In this document: piece by piece, positions 1 to 8,578 of the stretch
How positions within the stretch are numbered: the first letter of the stretch is position 1
Layout of the letters: each line of letters starts with the position of its first letter
Assembly: GCA_009781955.1 (NCBI GenBank)
Contig: WQUT01000074.1
Span: forward strand, 1 to 40,273
Direction: 5' to 3'
Source of the DNA: Pseudomonadota bacterium
GTDB lineage: Bacteria; Pseudomonadota; Alphaproteobacteria; Rs-D84
DNA: 40,273 bases
Notes under the pieces: generated by a model
What the model was told of the DNA's origin: nothing
Database searches by the model: none
The model's input: the letters and a program-made list of their open reading frames with translations, nothing else
Made by a program: the position numbers and the translations under genes

Positions 1-1360
1 CGCATTGGATGCAGATGTTCAGGTCCACGGACGCCACGCGTTCGGAAATCGCGCGCTTTTCATATTTGGACGTGCCGACGGGATATTCGCCGTATGCGAA
101 TGAGGGCTCCGTCGCGTGCCCCCCCTCTTGGGGGGGGCTATCACGCCGTAGCGATAGCGAAGGCGGACTGGGGGGGGCTACCTCCGAAAGACTATTTTTA
201 TTTGAAGAAGCCCCCCCTCGGCCACTACGTGGCCACTCCCCCCCTACGGGGGTGAGACGCGACGGAACAAATACCGACACAGGCAAGTCATCGCCGCGCA
301 TCGCCGCCATTTCGCCCAAAACCCCCGCAATCCGCGCCGGCGCGTCGGGCGTCATCGCCGGCGTCCAGTCGGGCGCAAAGCCCGATGGCGACGAAGGCAG
401 CGTGTATTCGTGCAGGAAATCCGCCGCGCGGTCAACCGCGGCCCAGTTTGCGGCGATAACCGCCTCGCCCTTTTTCTTGTACGTTTTTTCTATCGCCTCT
501 TTCGCCCGCGCCGCGACAATTTTCGGATCAATCACATGCGTCAGATTAAAGAAGTTCAGCATGATGAAAGTATTGATGCGACGCCCCAGGCCCAATTCTT
601 CCGCGCCGCGATTCGCATCCAGGAAAAAGACCCGCGCGCGCATACGTATCAAATGCTCTTGCACCGCGCGCGGCAGGTTGGAAAACGCGTCATTGGGACT
701 GCGCGATGTATTAATCATCACTGTCCCGCCGGGTTTGAGTCCCTTAAACACATCAAACCTTTGCGCGATCATAAAGGACGACACGCCGATAAAATCCGCG
801 TATTCCACCAGATATTGCGACCGTATTGGTTTCGGCGCAAAACGCAAATGCGACGCCGTCAAACCGCCGGATTTTTTAGAGTCATAGACCGCATAGCTTT
901 GCGGGTAAAGCTTGGAATTCTCGCCGACGATTTTCACGATGTTTTTCACCGCGCTGACCGTGCCGTCGGAACCGATGCCGTAAAGAATCGCGGATTTTCT
1001 TTGTTCCACCCCTGCCCTTGCGGCAGGGGTCGCCCGTGCGCTTTCTTGCGACGGGCGGGGGATGGGTTCATTGGTCAAATCATCTGAATCAATTTGATTA
1101 TTTTGACTGATTAAACCCACCCCCCGGCCCGCAAAATTGCGCGCCGCCCCCGCCGCAAGGGCGGGGGTAATATCCTCTATTCCAAACGCCGCGTCTGTCG
1201 GCAGCGATAGGCCCGTCACGTCGTCCGTAATGCCGACGGTAAAGTTATGGCGCAGGGTGCCGCGCATCATTCCTTCGGCAATCGCTTTCACATCGCGGGG
1301 CTTGAATTCCTTGCTGCCCAGTCCATACCGTCCGCCGAAAATATTTATCTTACTTGTCAT
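1..1360 (-). CDS. nifJ: pyruvate:ferredoxin/flavodoxin oxidoreductase (NifJ/YdbK type), C-terminal piece, runs off left edge
   Basis: Own minus-strand translation from ATG 1360 (gagg SD upstream): MTSKINIFGGRYGLGSKEF...ILYGIGSDGTVSAVKNIVKIVGE...YDSKKSGGLTASHLRF...GEYPVGTSKYEKRAISERVASVDLNICIQC. Open to position 1, which would explain its absence from the ORF track. GGRYGL, GxGSDGTV and CIQC are PFOR hallmarks. Confidence 0.85.
   Translation of the reverse strand, partial: MTSKINIFGGRYGLGSKEFKPRDVKAIAEGMMRGTLRHNFTVGITDDVTGLSLPTDAAFGIEDITPALAAGAARNFAGRGVGLISQNNQIDSDDLTNEPIPRPSQESARATPAARAGVEQRKSAILYGIGSDGTVSAVKNIVKIVGENSKLYPQSYAVYDSKKSGGLTASHLRFAPKPIRSQYLVEYADFIGVSSFMIAQRFDVFKGLKPGGTVMINTSRSPNDAFSNLPRAVQEHLIRMRARVFFLDANRGAEELGLGRRINTFIMLNFFNLTHVIDPKIVAARAKEAIEKTYKKKGEAVIAANWAAVDRAADFLHEYTLPSSPSGFAPDWTPAMTPDAPARIAGVLGEMAAMRGDDLPVSVFVPSRLTPVGGEWPRSGRGGASSNKNSLSEVAPPSPPSLSLRRDSPPQEGGHATEPSFAYGEYPVGTSKYEKRAISERVASVDLNICIQC
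119..256. repeat. C-run/G-run multi-hairpin palindromic element inserted in frame in PFOR
   Basis: ccccccctcttggggggggctatcacgc...ctcccccctacgggggtgag. Its 5' ~25 nt nearly match the polA insert at 24511. Translates without stops as RLTPVGGEWPRSGRGGASSNKNSLSEVAPPSPPSLSLRRDSPPPRGGH between the PFOR motifs PVSVF and GEYPVGT. 138 bp by my boundaries. Confidence 0.75.
1009..1167. repeat. second in-frame palindromic element in PFOR (domain II/III linker)
   Basis: Ends are hairpins cccctgcccttgcggcagggg and cccccgccgcaagggcggggg, with an AT-rich palindromic centre. Encodes ~53 extra residues (PALAAGAARNFAGRGVGLISQNNQIDSDDLTNEPIPRPSQESARATPAARAG) just before the ILYGIGSDGTV motif. 159 bp. Confidence 0.6.
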
Positions 1361-1433
1361 TTTATAACCTCTAATAATTCTGGTTGTTCATATCCCGTGT
1401 TACTTGTTTTTCATTTTAATATTCTCTTTCTCA

Positions 1434-1596
1434 GGACTACCCCGGATTTCCATCGGCAACAAGTTGCCGGGAAATCCGACCCTTCTGAGAAGGGTAATTG
1501 CGCGCTCATTTTGTTAAATTTTATGAGCGTTAAATTGCCCTTCTCAGAAGGGCCGGAAAGCTTAGCAACTTGTTGCTATAGCTTTCCGGGGTAGTC
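1434..1596. repeat. 163-bp nested palindrome, gactaccccgg family
   Basis: Termini ggactaccccgga / tccggggtagtc. Internal hairpins acccttctgagaagggt, gcccttctcagaagggc and an AT-rich centre. Related copies at 29300-29465 and 11048-11136. Confidence 0.85.
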
Positions 1597-1610
1597 GTAT
1601 TTTATTTCCT

Positions 1611-2441
1611 TTACTTATCCACATGAACGTCCAATTGCGGGAAGGGAAAGTGCAGTCCGCGTTTTGGAAACTCGTTATAAATTTTCTCCATGATGTCCGC
1701 CTGGCTGGATGCGTAATCGCCGAATCCCGTCCAATAGCGCAAAACGATATCCACCGAATTGGGCGAAAGATTTTTTACGAACACGACCGGCGCGGCAGGC
1801 TTGCTCAGCACGCGCTTGTCCGCGCCCAGGATTTCCAGCGACACCGCGCGCGCGGCGTTTATATCGTCGCCGTATCCGATATTGATGACCATGTCAACCC
1901 GGCGTTCCGGCTGGCGCGACAGGTTTATGATTTCCCCATTGGACAACGGGCCGTTCGGCAGGAATGCAATCTGTTCATCCCCCGTATGCAGCTCTGTCGT
2001 AAAAATCATAATCTTTGCGACTGTGCCCGTTTTGCCGCTTGCCGTCTGAATCGTATCGCCGACGACAAATGGCTTGAACAATAAGATGACGATGCCGCCG
2101 GCAAAATTCTGCAGCGTTCCCGACAAGGCCATGCCGACCGCCAATGACGCCGCGCCCAGAATCGCGACGATGGACGTCATCTGGATGCCGACGGTGGTCA
2201 GCACGATAATCACCACCATGATTTTCAGCGCGACGGAAACGAACGATGTAAAGAACGAGGTCAGCGACGGGTCAAGCCGGCGCGCGTCCATAATTTTCTT
2301 GAACGATTGGGCCAGGCGGTTCGCAATCCATATTCCGATCGCCAGAATCACGACGGCGGTCAGCAGCTTGATACCGTATTGCACCGCAATATCGGTCAGT
2401 GTTGTCAGTGTTCCGCCAAAATTAGAAACAGGTTCGTTCAT
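1611..2441 (-). CDS. mscS: small-conductance mechanosensitive channel MscS
   Basis: 276-aa ORF. Three N-terminal TM helices, then GTLQNFAGGIVILLFKPFVVGDTI and a beta-domain typical of the MscS family. Confidence 0.85.
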   Translation of the reverse strand: MNEPVSNFGGTLTTLTDIAVQYGIKLLTAVVILAIGIWIANRLAQSFKKIMDARRLDPSLTSFFTSFVSVALKIMVVIIVLTTVGIQMTSIVAILGAASLAVGMALSGTLQNFAGGIVILLFKPFVVGDTIQTASGKTGTVAKIMIFTTELHTGDEQIAFLPNGPLSNGEIINLSRQPERRVDMVINIGYGDDINAARAVSLEILGADKRVLSKPAAPVVFVKNLSPNSVDIVLRYWTGFGDYASSQADIMEKIYNEFPKRGLHFPFPQLDVHVDK

Positions 2442-2454
2442 GTGTTATCCTTTT

Positions 2455-4005
<1,551 letters not shown>

Positions 4006-4132
4006 TTAAACTTTTATTTTTATACATCAATCGCGCTGGATGCTTTGCGATTGATGCTATCCCAAAATTTCGGGGATAAGCGTCGCAAATTATACCCCAT
4101 CCGCCACAGGCGCGCAAGTTTGAAATATCTTC

Positions 4133-4160
4133 TTGACAAACAGTGATAAAAGGTTATAAA
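4133..4160 (+). promoter_or_regulatory. sigma70-like promoter TTGACA-16-TATAAA
   Basis: ttgacaaacagtgataaaaggttataaa, ~65 nt upstream of ORF 4225. The same TTGACAAAC context occurs at 5788 and 32403. Confidence 0.5.
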
Positions 4161-4224
4161 ATGTCAGTCTTCCCCCTCTTGTTTTGCAAGCGGGCAATAA
4201 TAGAATTATACAAAGGAATATATT

Positions 4225-4494
4225 ATGAAAAAAGCCTATCTGACCCCTGAACAGAAGGATATAATTAACATTGCTAGATACATGCAGAGTATGTTTTCAT
4301 CTATGACCGAATTATTGTCAAATATAGACCCTACGAAAATAAAACATTTTATTGAAATCGTTCAAAGGGGAAAAATCGGAAAACGTCCGGCAACCGAAGC
4401 AGAAAAAGAAAATGCTTGGGCGGAATTAGGAGATATAACCAAATCTTTCAGCTCTATGCGGGTAAATTGCGCAAAAGAACAAAAAAAGAAGTAA
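4225..4494 (+). CDS. hypothetical protein (89 aa, AT-rich)
   Basis: ORF behind a strong promoter. Its stop overlaps the next start (TAATG). No family recognised. Confidence 0.5.
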   Translation: MKKAYLTPEQKDIINIARYMQSMFSSMTELLSNIDPTKIKHFIEIVQRGKIGKRPATEAEKENAWAELGDITKSFSSMRVNCAKEQKKK

Positions 4495-5120
4495 TGAAAA
4501 ACCAAATCTCGCGTTTTGATATTGACATTGACCTGGTGCCGGTGTCGGTATCGCCCAAAAACATGGTCGTCTTGATGGCGGCCTTGGGCGCGGAACAAAA
4601 ACGGCTGGCGCCTTGGCTTTACTGGGCCGCGACGCCAAAGACCAGTGCCGCGCGAAAGCCGTCCGAACATTCAAATTTATTCTTGTCGCGCCTGAACGAT
4701 GCGGGCAAAACCGCGCGCGCGGCGGCAAAGATATTTTGGATGTTGTTTTCCCGAACAAAGCTGTTGGCCTGGAAATATAAATACTACCAGATTATGAAAG
4801 ATGGAGAATTGGCGGGAATGATCGGGCTGGACGACATAAACACGCGGGATAAAAATGCCGTGCTGTGGTATTGCGTGCGCGAAAAGCACGAAGGAACTGG
4901 CCTGATTGACAGCGCGATCAAATTGATAGAAGGCCACTTTCTGCGTCATGGCCCCGACGGGATGGCGCGGCTGTATGCAAAGATAGAGCCAGACAATGAA
5001 AAGTCGCTCCGCGCGATCAAGCGCGCCGGTTGGAAATACGAAGGCACCTTGAAAGACGACCACTTCAATCCGCACAAAGGCGAAATTGTAGACAGAATGC
5101 TTTTTGCGATAACCCGGTGA
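4494..5120 (+). CDS. GNAT N-acetyltransferase, RimJ/RimL-like
   Basis: Start MKNQISRF chosen within ORF 4416..5120. C-terminal PDNEKSLRAIKRAGWKYEGTLKDDHF...DRMLFAI is typical of RimJ/L-type GNATs. Confidence 0.7.
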   Translation: MKNQISRFDIDIDLVPVSVSPKNMVVLMAALGAEQKRLAPWLYWAATPKTSAARKPSEHSNLFLSRLNDAGKTARAAAKIFWMLFSRTKLLAWKYKYYQIMKDGELAGMIGLDDINTRDKNAVLWYCVREKHEGTGLIDSAIKLIEGHFLRHGPDGMARLYAKIEPDNEKSLRAIKRAGWKYEGTLKDDHFNPHKGEIVDRMLFAITR

Positions 5121-5123
5121 AAT

Positions 5124-5705
5124 CTAAAACAATCTTAAATCATAATCCGGCATGTCGTAACTCCACAGGCCCTGATACCCGCGGGTTGGAATCGGATCCG
5201 GCAGCACCCGCACATTCCCCAGTTTCCACGCATACCGCCCCGGTCGCCAATCGCCGAATGCGCGCTCTGTTTCCGTTTGCGCCGCGATGAATTCCGGCGT
5301 CATAAAAATGCAATCTTGCAGCTCGCAGACGCAGATTATTTTTCCATAGGTTTCAAAGAAATTCCCCTTCGCTTTAGCGAAGGGGTGGCAGTTTTGCGCC
5401 AGCAAAACTGACGGGGTAGTTGTTTTAATAATTCCGCGCGCTTTGCGCGCGGCTACTACCCCGCCCTCGCCATGTCCACCCCGCGCAATCTGCGATTGCG
5501 TGGGGGCCCCGGGCTCGGGCACCCCTTCACTAAAGTGAAGGGGAATTAATGTCTTTCCGCCGGCATCCATCGGGCGCAGGGACGCATGAATCGCCAGCAA
5601 TCCGCGGTGTTTGGTCGGCCAGCCGCGCGTCTCGTATTTTTTCAGCCCCGCGGCGATCGCGCCCGCCCACGGTTGCCACAATGTTAAAGTTTTCATTTCC
5701 ATCAA
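5124..5705 (-). CDS. ASCH domain protein carrying an in-frame palindromic insert
   Basis: N-terminus TLTLWQPWAGAIAAGLKKYETRGWPTKHRGLLAIHAS matches the ASCH signature. ~60 low-complexity residues in the middle come from the repeat at 5361-5546. Confidence 0.65.
   Translation of the reverse strand: MMEMKTLTLWQPWAGAIAAGLKKYETRGWPTKHRGLLAIHASLRPMDAGGKTLIPLHFSEGVPEPGAPTQSQIARGGHGEGGVVAARKARGIIKTTTPSVLLAQNCHPFAKAKGNFFETYGKIICVCELQDCIFMTPEFIAAQTETERAFGDWRPGRYAWKLGNVRVLPDPIPTRGYQGLWSYDMPDYDLRLF
5361..5546. repeat. AATTCCCC-ended nested palindromic element, in frame in the ASCH gene
   Basis: Ends attccccttcgctttagcgaagggg / ccccttcactaaagtgaaggggaat. Inner pair ggggtagt...actacccc flanks the hairpin cgcgcgctttgcgcgcg. 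Confidence 0.7.
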
Positions 5706-5787
5706 ACCATATTTCTGGGGTTTCGCAAATTATATCCCCCGGTCGTGGCCCGTGCAAGCAAAGCGATAAAAAGCCTTAAAATAATTA

Positions 5788-5815
5788 TTGACAAACAGGC
5801 AAAAAGTGATACAAT
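5788..5815 (+). promoter_or_regulatory. sigma70-like promoter TTGACA-16-TACAAT
   Basis: ttgacaaacaggcaaaaagtgatacaat upstream of ORF 5840. Confidence 0.5.
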
Positions 5816-5839
5816 GCTAAAACTTCATAATATTTAATT

Positions 5840-6322
5840 ATGAAAAGAATCATGCAATCCAACAAAAAATGGAGAATTAAAATGAGTCGCAAGATGTCCA
5901 GAGTCAAAAAAACATTCTATAACGAATTCCTGCCGCAACTGTATCAAGGATTGACGCAGTTTTACACAGGAATGATTGATCCCAGAAAGCCGCGGGATAA
6001 TTGGTCAAAAGAAATTCCGGCAAACCCAGAGGTTGCAAAGTTCCTGATAGACTTTGCGAGAGATTTCGGCCACACATGCGACTGTCAGCAAATTTCGTTT
6101 CTGGAAACACTGTTCAAGATGATTTCGGAAAGCTATTCCGAATGGTTCGCGAAATATTTAAAGAAAAACCCCGCGGAAATACCTGCATTGTTATTTAAGC
6201 AAATGGATTTCTGGACCAATAGGCAATGCACCCGCCATACCAAGTATGAAGAATATACGCGAATCAAAATAAATATCCATGCGTATGTCGTGGGCAGTTT
6301 TACTCATGGCCAGAGAATATAA
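5840..6322 (+). CDS. hypothetical protein (160 aa, AT-rich)
   Basis: Long ORF with its own promoter and terminator. No recognisable family. Confidence 0.5.
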   Translation: MKRIMQSNKKWRIKMSRKMSRVKKTFYNEFLPQLYQGLTQFYTGMIDPRKPRDNWSKEIPANPEVAKFLIDFARDFGHTCDCQQISFLETLFKMISESYSEWFAKYLKKNPAEIPALLFKQMDFWTNRQCTRHTKYEEYTRIKINIHAYVVGSFTHGQRI

Positions 6323-6332
6323 AACCAAACAA

Positions 6333-6357
6333 AAACGGGGCGTCGCCCCGTTTTTTA
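6333..6357. terminator. bidirectional rho-independent terminator
   Basis: aaacggggcgtcgccccgtttttt between convergent genes 5840..6322 (+) and 6368..6784 (-). Confidence 0.75.
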
Positions 6358-6367
6358 ATATCACATT

Positions 6368-6784
6368 TCAGAATTCTTTAAATATTTCTAAATATTCCCC
6401 GCCGATAAACGCGCCACGCTTTTTATGAAAATTTGCAACTTTCGGCTTTGCATACGATATCATCCACTTAGTATTCTGGTCGCGTAATATTTGTTCAAAA
6501 TAATCCGACAGCATTGTTCCCAGGCCAAGGCCGCGGAGCGAGGGTTCTATTATGCGCAGCCATATCATGGTTCCGCCACCTAGCAATTTTTCCCCCGCTA
6601 TAAATCCTGCTACCCTGCCGTCCATTTCCGCGACGAGCACAATTCCGTTGGCAACTATGCCCTCAGTATAGCCCACGCTCCATGGATCATTGTCCGGAAA
6701 TAAATCTTTTTCTTTCTCCATCAGCTTTCGCATTGTCGCGATATCTTTGCGCGATGCCGGACGAAGAACGATATTTTCGGGCAT
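6368..6784 (-). CDS. GNAT family acetyltransferase
   Basis: Start MPENIVLRP has an aaggag SD. RGLGLGTMLSDYF matches the acetyl-CoA-binding motif of GNATs. Confidence 0.7.
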   Translation of the reverse strand: MPENIVLRPASRKDIATMRKLMEKEKDLFPDNDPWSVGYTEGIVANGIVLVAEMDGRVAGFIAGEKLLGGGTMIWLRIIEPSLRGLGLGTMLSDYFEQILRDQNTKWMISYAKPKVANFHKKRGAFIGGEYLEIFKEF

Positions 6785-6860
6785 TATTTTTCTCCTTATG
6801 ATCCCCGCCTTCCCCACCCGCCGAAATCGGTGATTTCGGCGGGGCCCGGGTCACGTGGAT

Positions 6861-6900
6861 GACGGAACTAGTTTTATTTGGACGGAGCTAGTTTTATTTG
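6861..6900. repeat. 20-bp tandem duplication across the ctpA stop codon
   Basis: gacggaactagttttatttg / gacggagctagttttatttg. Confidence 0.8.
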
Positions 6901-8285
6901 TCGGTTTTGTTATCGTCCGAAGTGCGCGCGCCCAGTTTTCCCATCGCGCGGACCATGTCAATCGCGCGGGACAGCTGATAGTCATCACGGCCGCCGTCTT
7001 CGGGCCAGGCATCGTTATCCGTTGATTTCGCGGGGTCCTTGTTCGGTGATTTATCAGCGTTTTTATCATCGGCCTTTGGTTTTCGGCTTTCGGTTTTCGC
7101 GTCGTCGTTTTTCAGCGCGTTTATCAATGTCGCTTCGGAAAATATGTCGCGGCTTTTTTCCAGAACCTGCACCCTGCTCTGCAATACTTCCACATCCGGG
7201 GTGATTCCCTCGCCCTGGATTGATCGGCCGCTGGGCGTGTAATACCGCGCGACGGTGATATGAATCGCGGTGCCGTCGCCCAATGGTTTTTGCTGCTGCA
7301 CGCTGCCCTTGCCAAAGGTCTGCGTCCCCATGATGATCGCGCGGTTGTTGTCCTGCAGCGCGCCGGCCACGATTTCGGCCGCGGACGCGCTGCCGTGATT
7401 TACCAGCACCACTATCGGCTTTCCGTTCGTAAAATCGCCGGGCTTTGCGCTGGCGCGGTCAATTTCTTCAGAGAGGCGTCCGCGCGTAGACACTATATCG
7501 CCGCCGGACAGAAAAGCGTCCGAAACATCAATCGCCGCGGCCAGATATCCGCCCGGATTGTTCCGCATGTCCAAAACGTAACCCTTTACTTTCTTTTTTT
7601 CCAGCGATTCTATCGCGGCGCGCAGATCCCGCGCGGTTGTCGCGCCAAAGTCCGAAACGCGGATGTATCCGATGTCTTTATCGTCGCCCTTGGCCTCGTA
7701 TTTTATAGATTTGACCTTGATTATCGCGCGCGTCATGGTGATGGTGCGCGGGTCCTTGTTAGGCTGGACGATTGTTAATTTTACTTTCGTTCCCGGGCGG
7801 CCCTTCATCTTTTTCACCGCTTGGTTCAGGGTCAGGCCGCCGACCTGCTCGCCGTCTATGTGCGTGATGTAATCGCCGGCCTTGATCCCCGCCCCGAATG
7901 CCGGGGTATCGTCAATCGGCGAGATGACGCGTATCATGCCCTTGTCCGCGGTGATTTGAATGCCCAGCCCCCCAAATTCGCCGGTCGCCTTGTCGTTAAA
8001 ATCCTTGAACTCGTCCGCCGACAGATACGAAGAATGCGGATCCAGACTGGCCAGCATGCCGTTCATCGCGGCTTCCAGCAATTTTTTCTCGTCCACTTCC
8101 TCTACATAATTATCGCGCGCGGATTCAAACACCAGCGCGAATTTCTTCATCATTTCGTAGATCTGCGGATCGGTCAGATGCTTTACCGGATCTTTCTTTT
8201 CCGCGGCATTCGCGGACAGGACGATCATCAGTCCGCACCCGGCAACCATCAATGTATGTAAAATTTTCTTCAGCATGTTTCTCAC
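6894..8285 (-). CDS. ctpA: carboxy-terminal processing (S41) peptidase
   Basis: Signal peptide, PDZ segment (GIKAGDYITHIDGE), catalytic Ser context NHGSASAAEIVAGALQD and Lys context TFGKGSVQ. Confidence 0.9.
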   Translation of the reverse strand: MRNMLKKILHTLMVAGCGLMIVLSANAAEKKDPVKHLTDPQIYEMMKKFALVFESARDNYVEEVDEKKLLEAAMNGMLASLDPHSSYLSADEFKDFNDKATGEFGGLGIQITADKGMIRVISPIDDTPAFGAGIKAGDYITHIDGEQVGGLTLNQAVKKMKGRPGTKVKLTIVQPNKDPRTITMTRAIIKVKSIKYEAKGDDKDIGYIRVSDFGATTARDLRAAIESLEKKKVKGYVLDMRNNPGGYLAAAIDVSDAFLSGGDIVSTRGRLSEEIDRASAKPGDFTNGKPIVVLVNHGSASAAEIVAGALQDNNRAIIMGTQTFGKGSVQQQKPLGDGTAIHITVARYYTPSGRSIQGEGITPDVEVLQSRVQVLEKSRDIFSEATLINALKNDDAKTESRKPKADDKNADKSPNKDPAKSTDNDAWPEDGGRDDYQLSRAIDMVRAMGKLGARTSDDNKTDK

Positions 8286-8374
8286 CTTGGCAATGCGCGA
8301 ATCTTAGCACGGGACGCGCCGCGGGGCAAGTGGAAATTCCCCCCCATAGGAGGAAGGCCACATTTGAACGGCCT

Positions 8375-8578
8375 AATTCCCCTCCCCAGGAGGGGTAGAT
8401 TTTATTAGCGGCGGCAGCCGCTTAGAAAATCTGGGGTGGGTTAGTTAAACAGAGAATAATGTTTATAAGTAGACACTATCAAAATTCCATGCGCCCACCC
8501 CGGAAAGCTAGGTCGTCCGTCTTTGCTTTGCAAAGCCGAGACTCCCGGCTTTCCTCCCCTCCTGCGGAGGGGAATTAC
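8375..8578. repeat. 204-bp composite palindromic element with AATTCCCCTCC hairpin ends
   Basis: aattcccctccccaggagggg ... cccctcctgcggaggggaatt. Inner modules agattttattagcggcggcagccgcttagaaaatct and cccacccc. The right end overlaps the envC-like stop codon. Confidence 0.75.

Noticed and set aside
9-1087. Long plus-strand ORFs 9..887 and 410..1087 from the track
   Set aside because: They are antisense shadows of the PFOR C-terminal piece, which has unmistakable family motifs on the minus strand. Their products are Arg/Ala/Pro-rich with no motifs.
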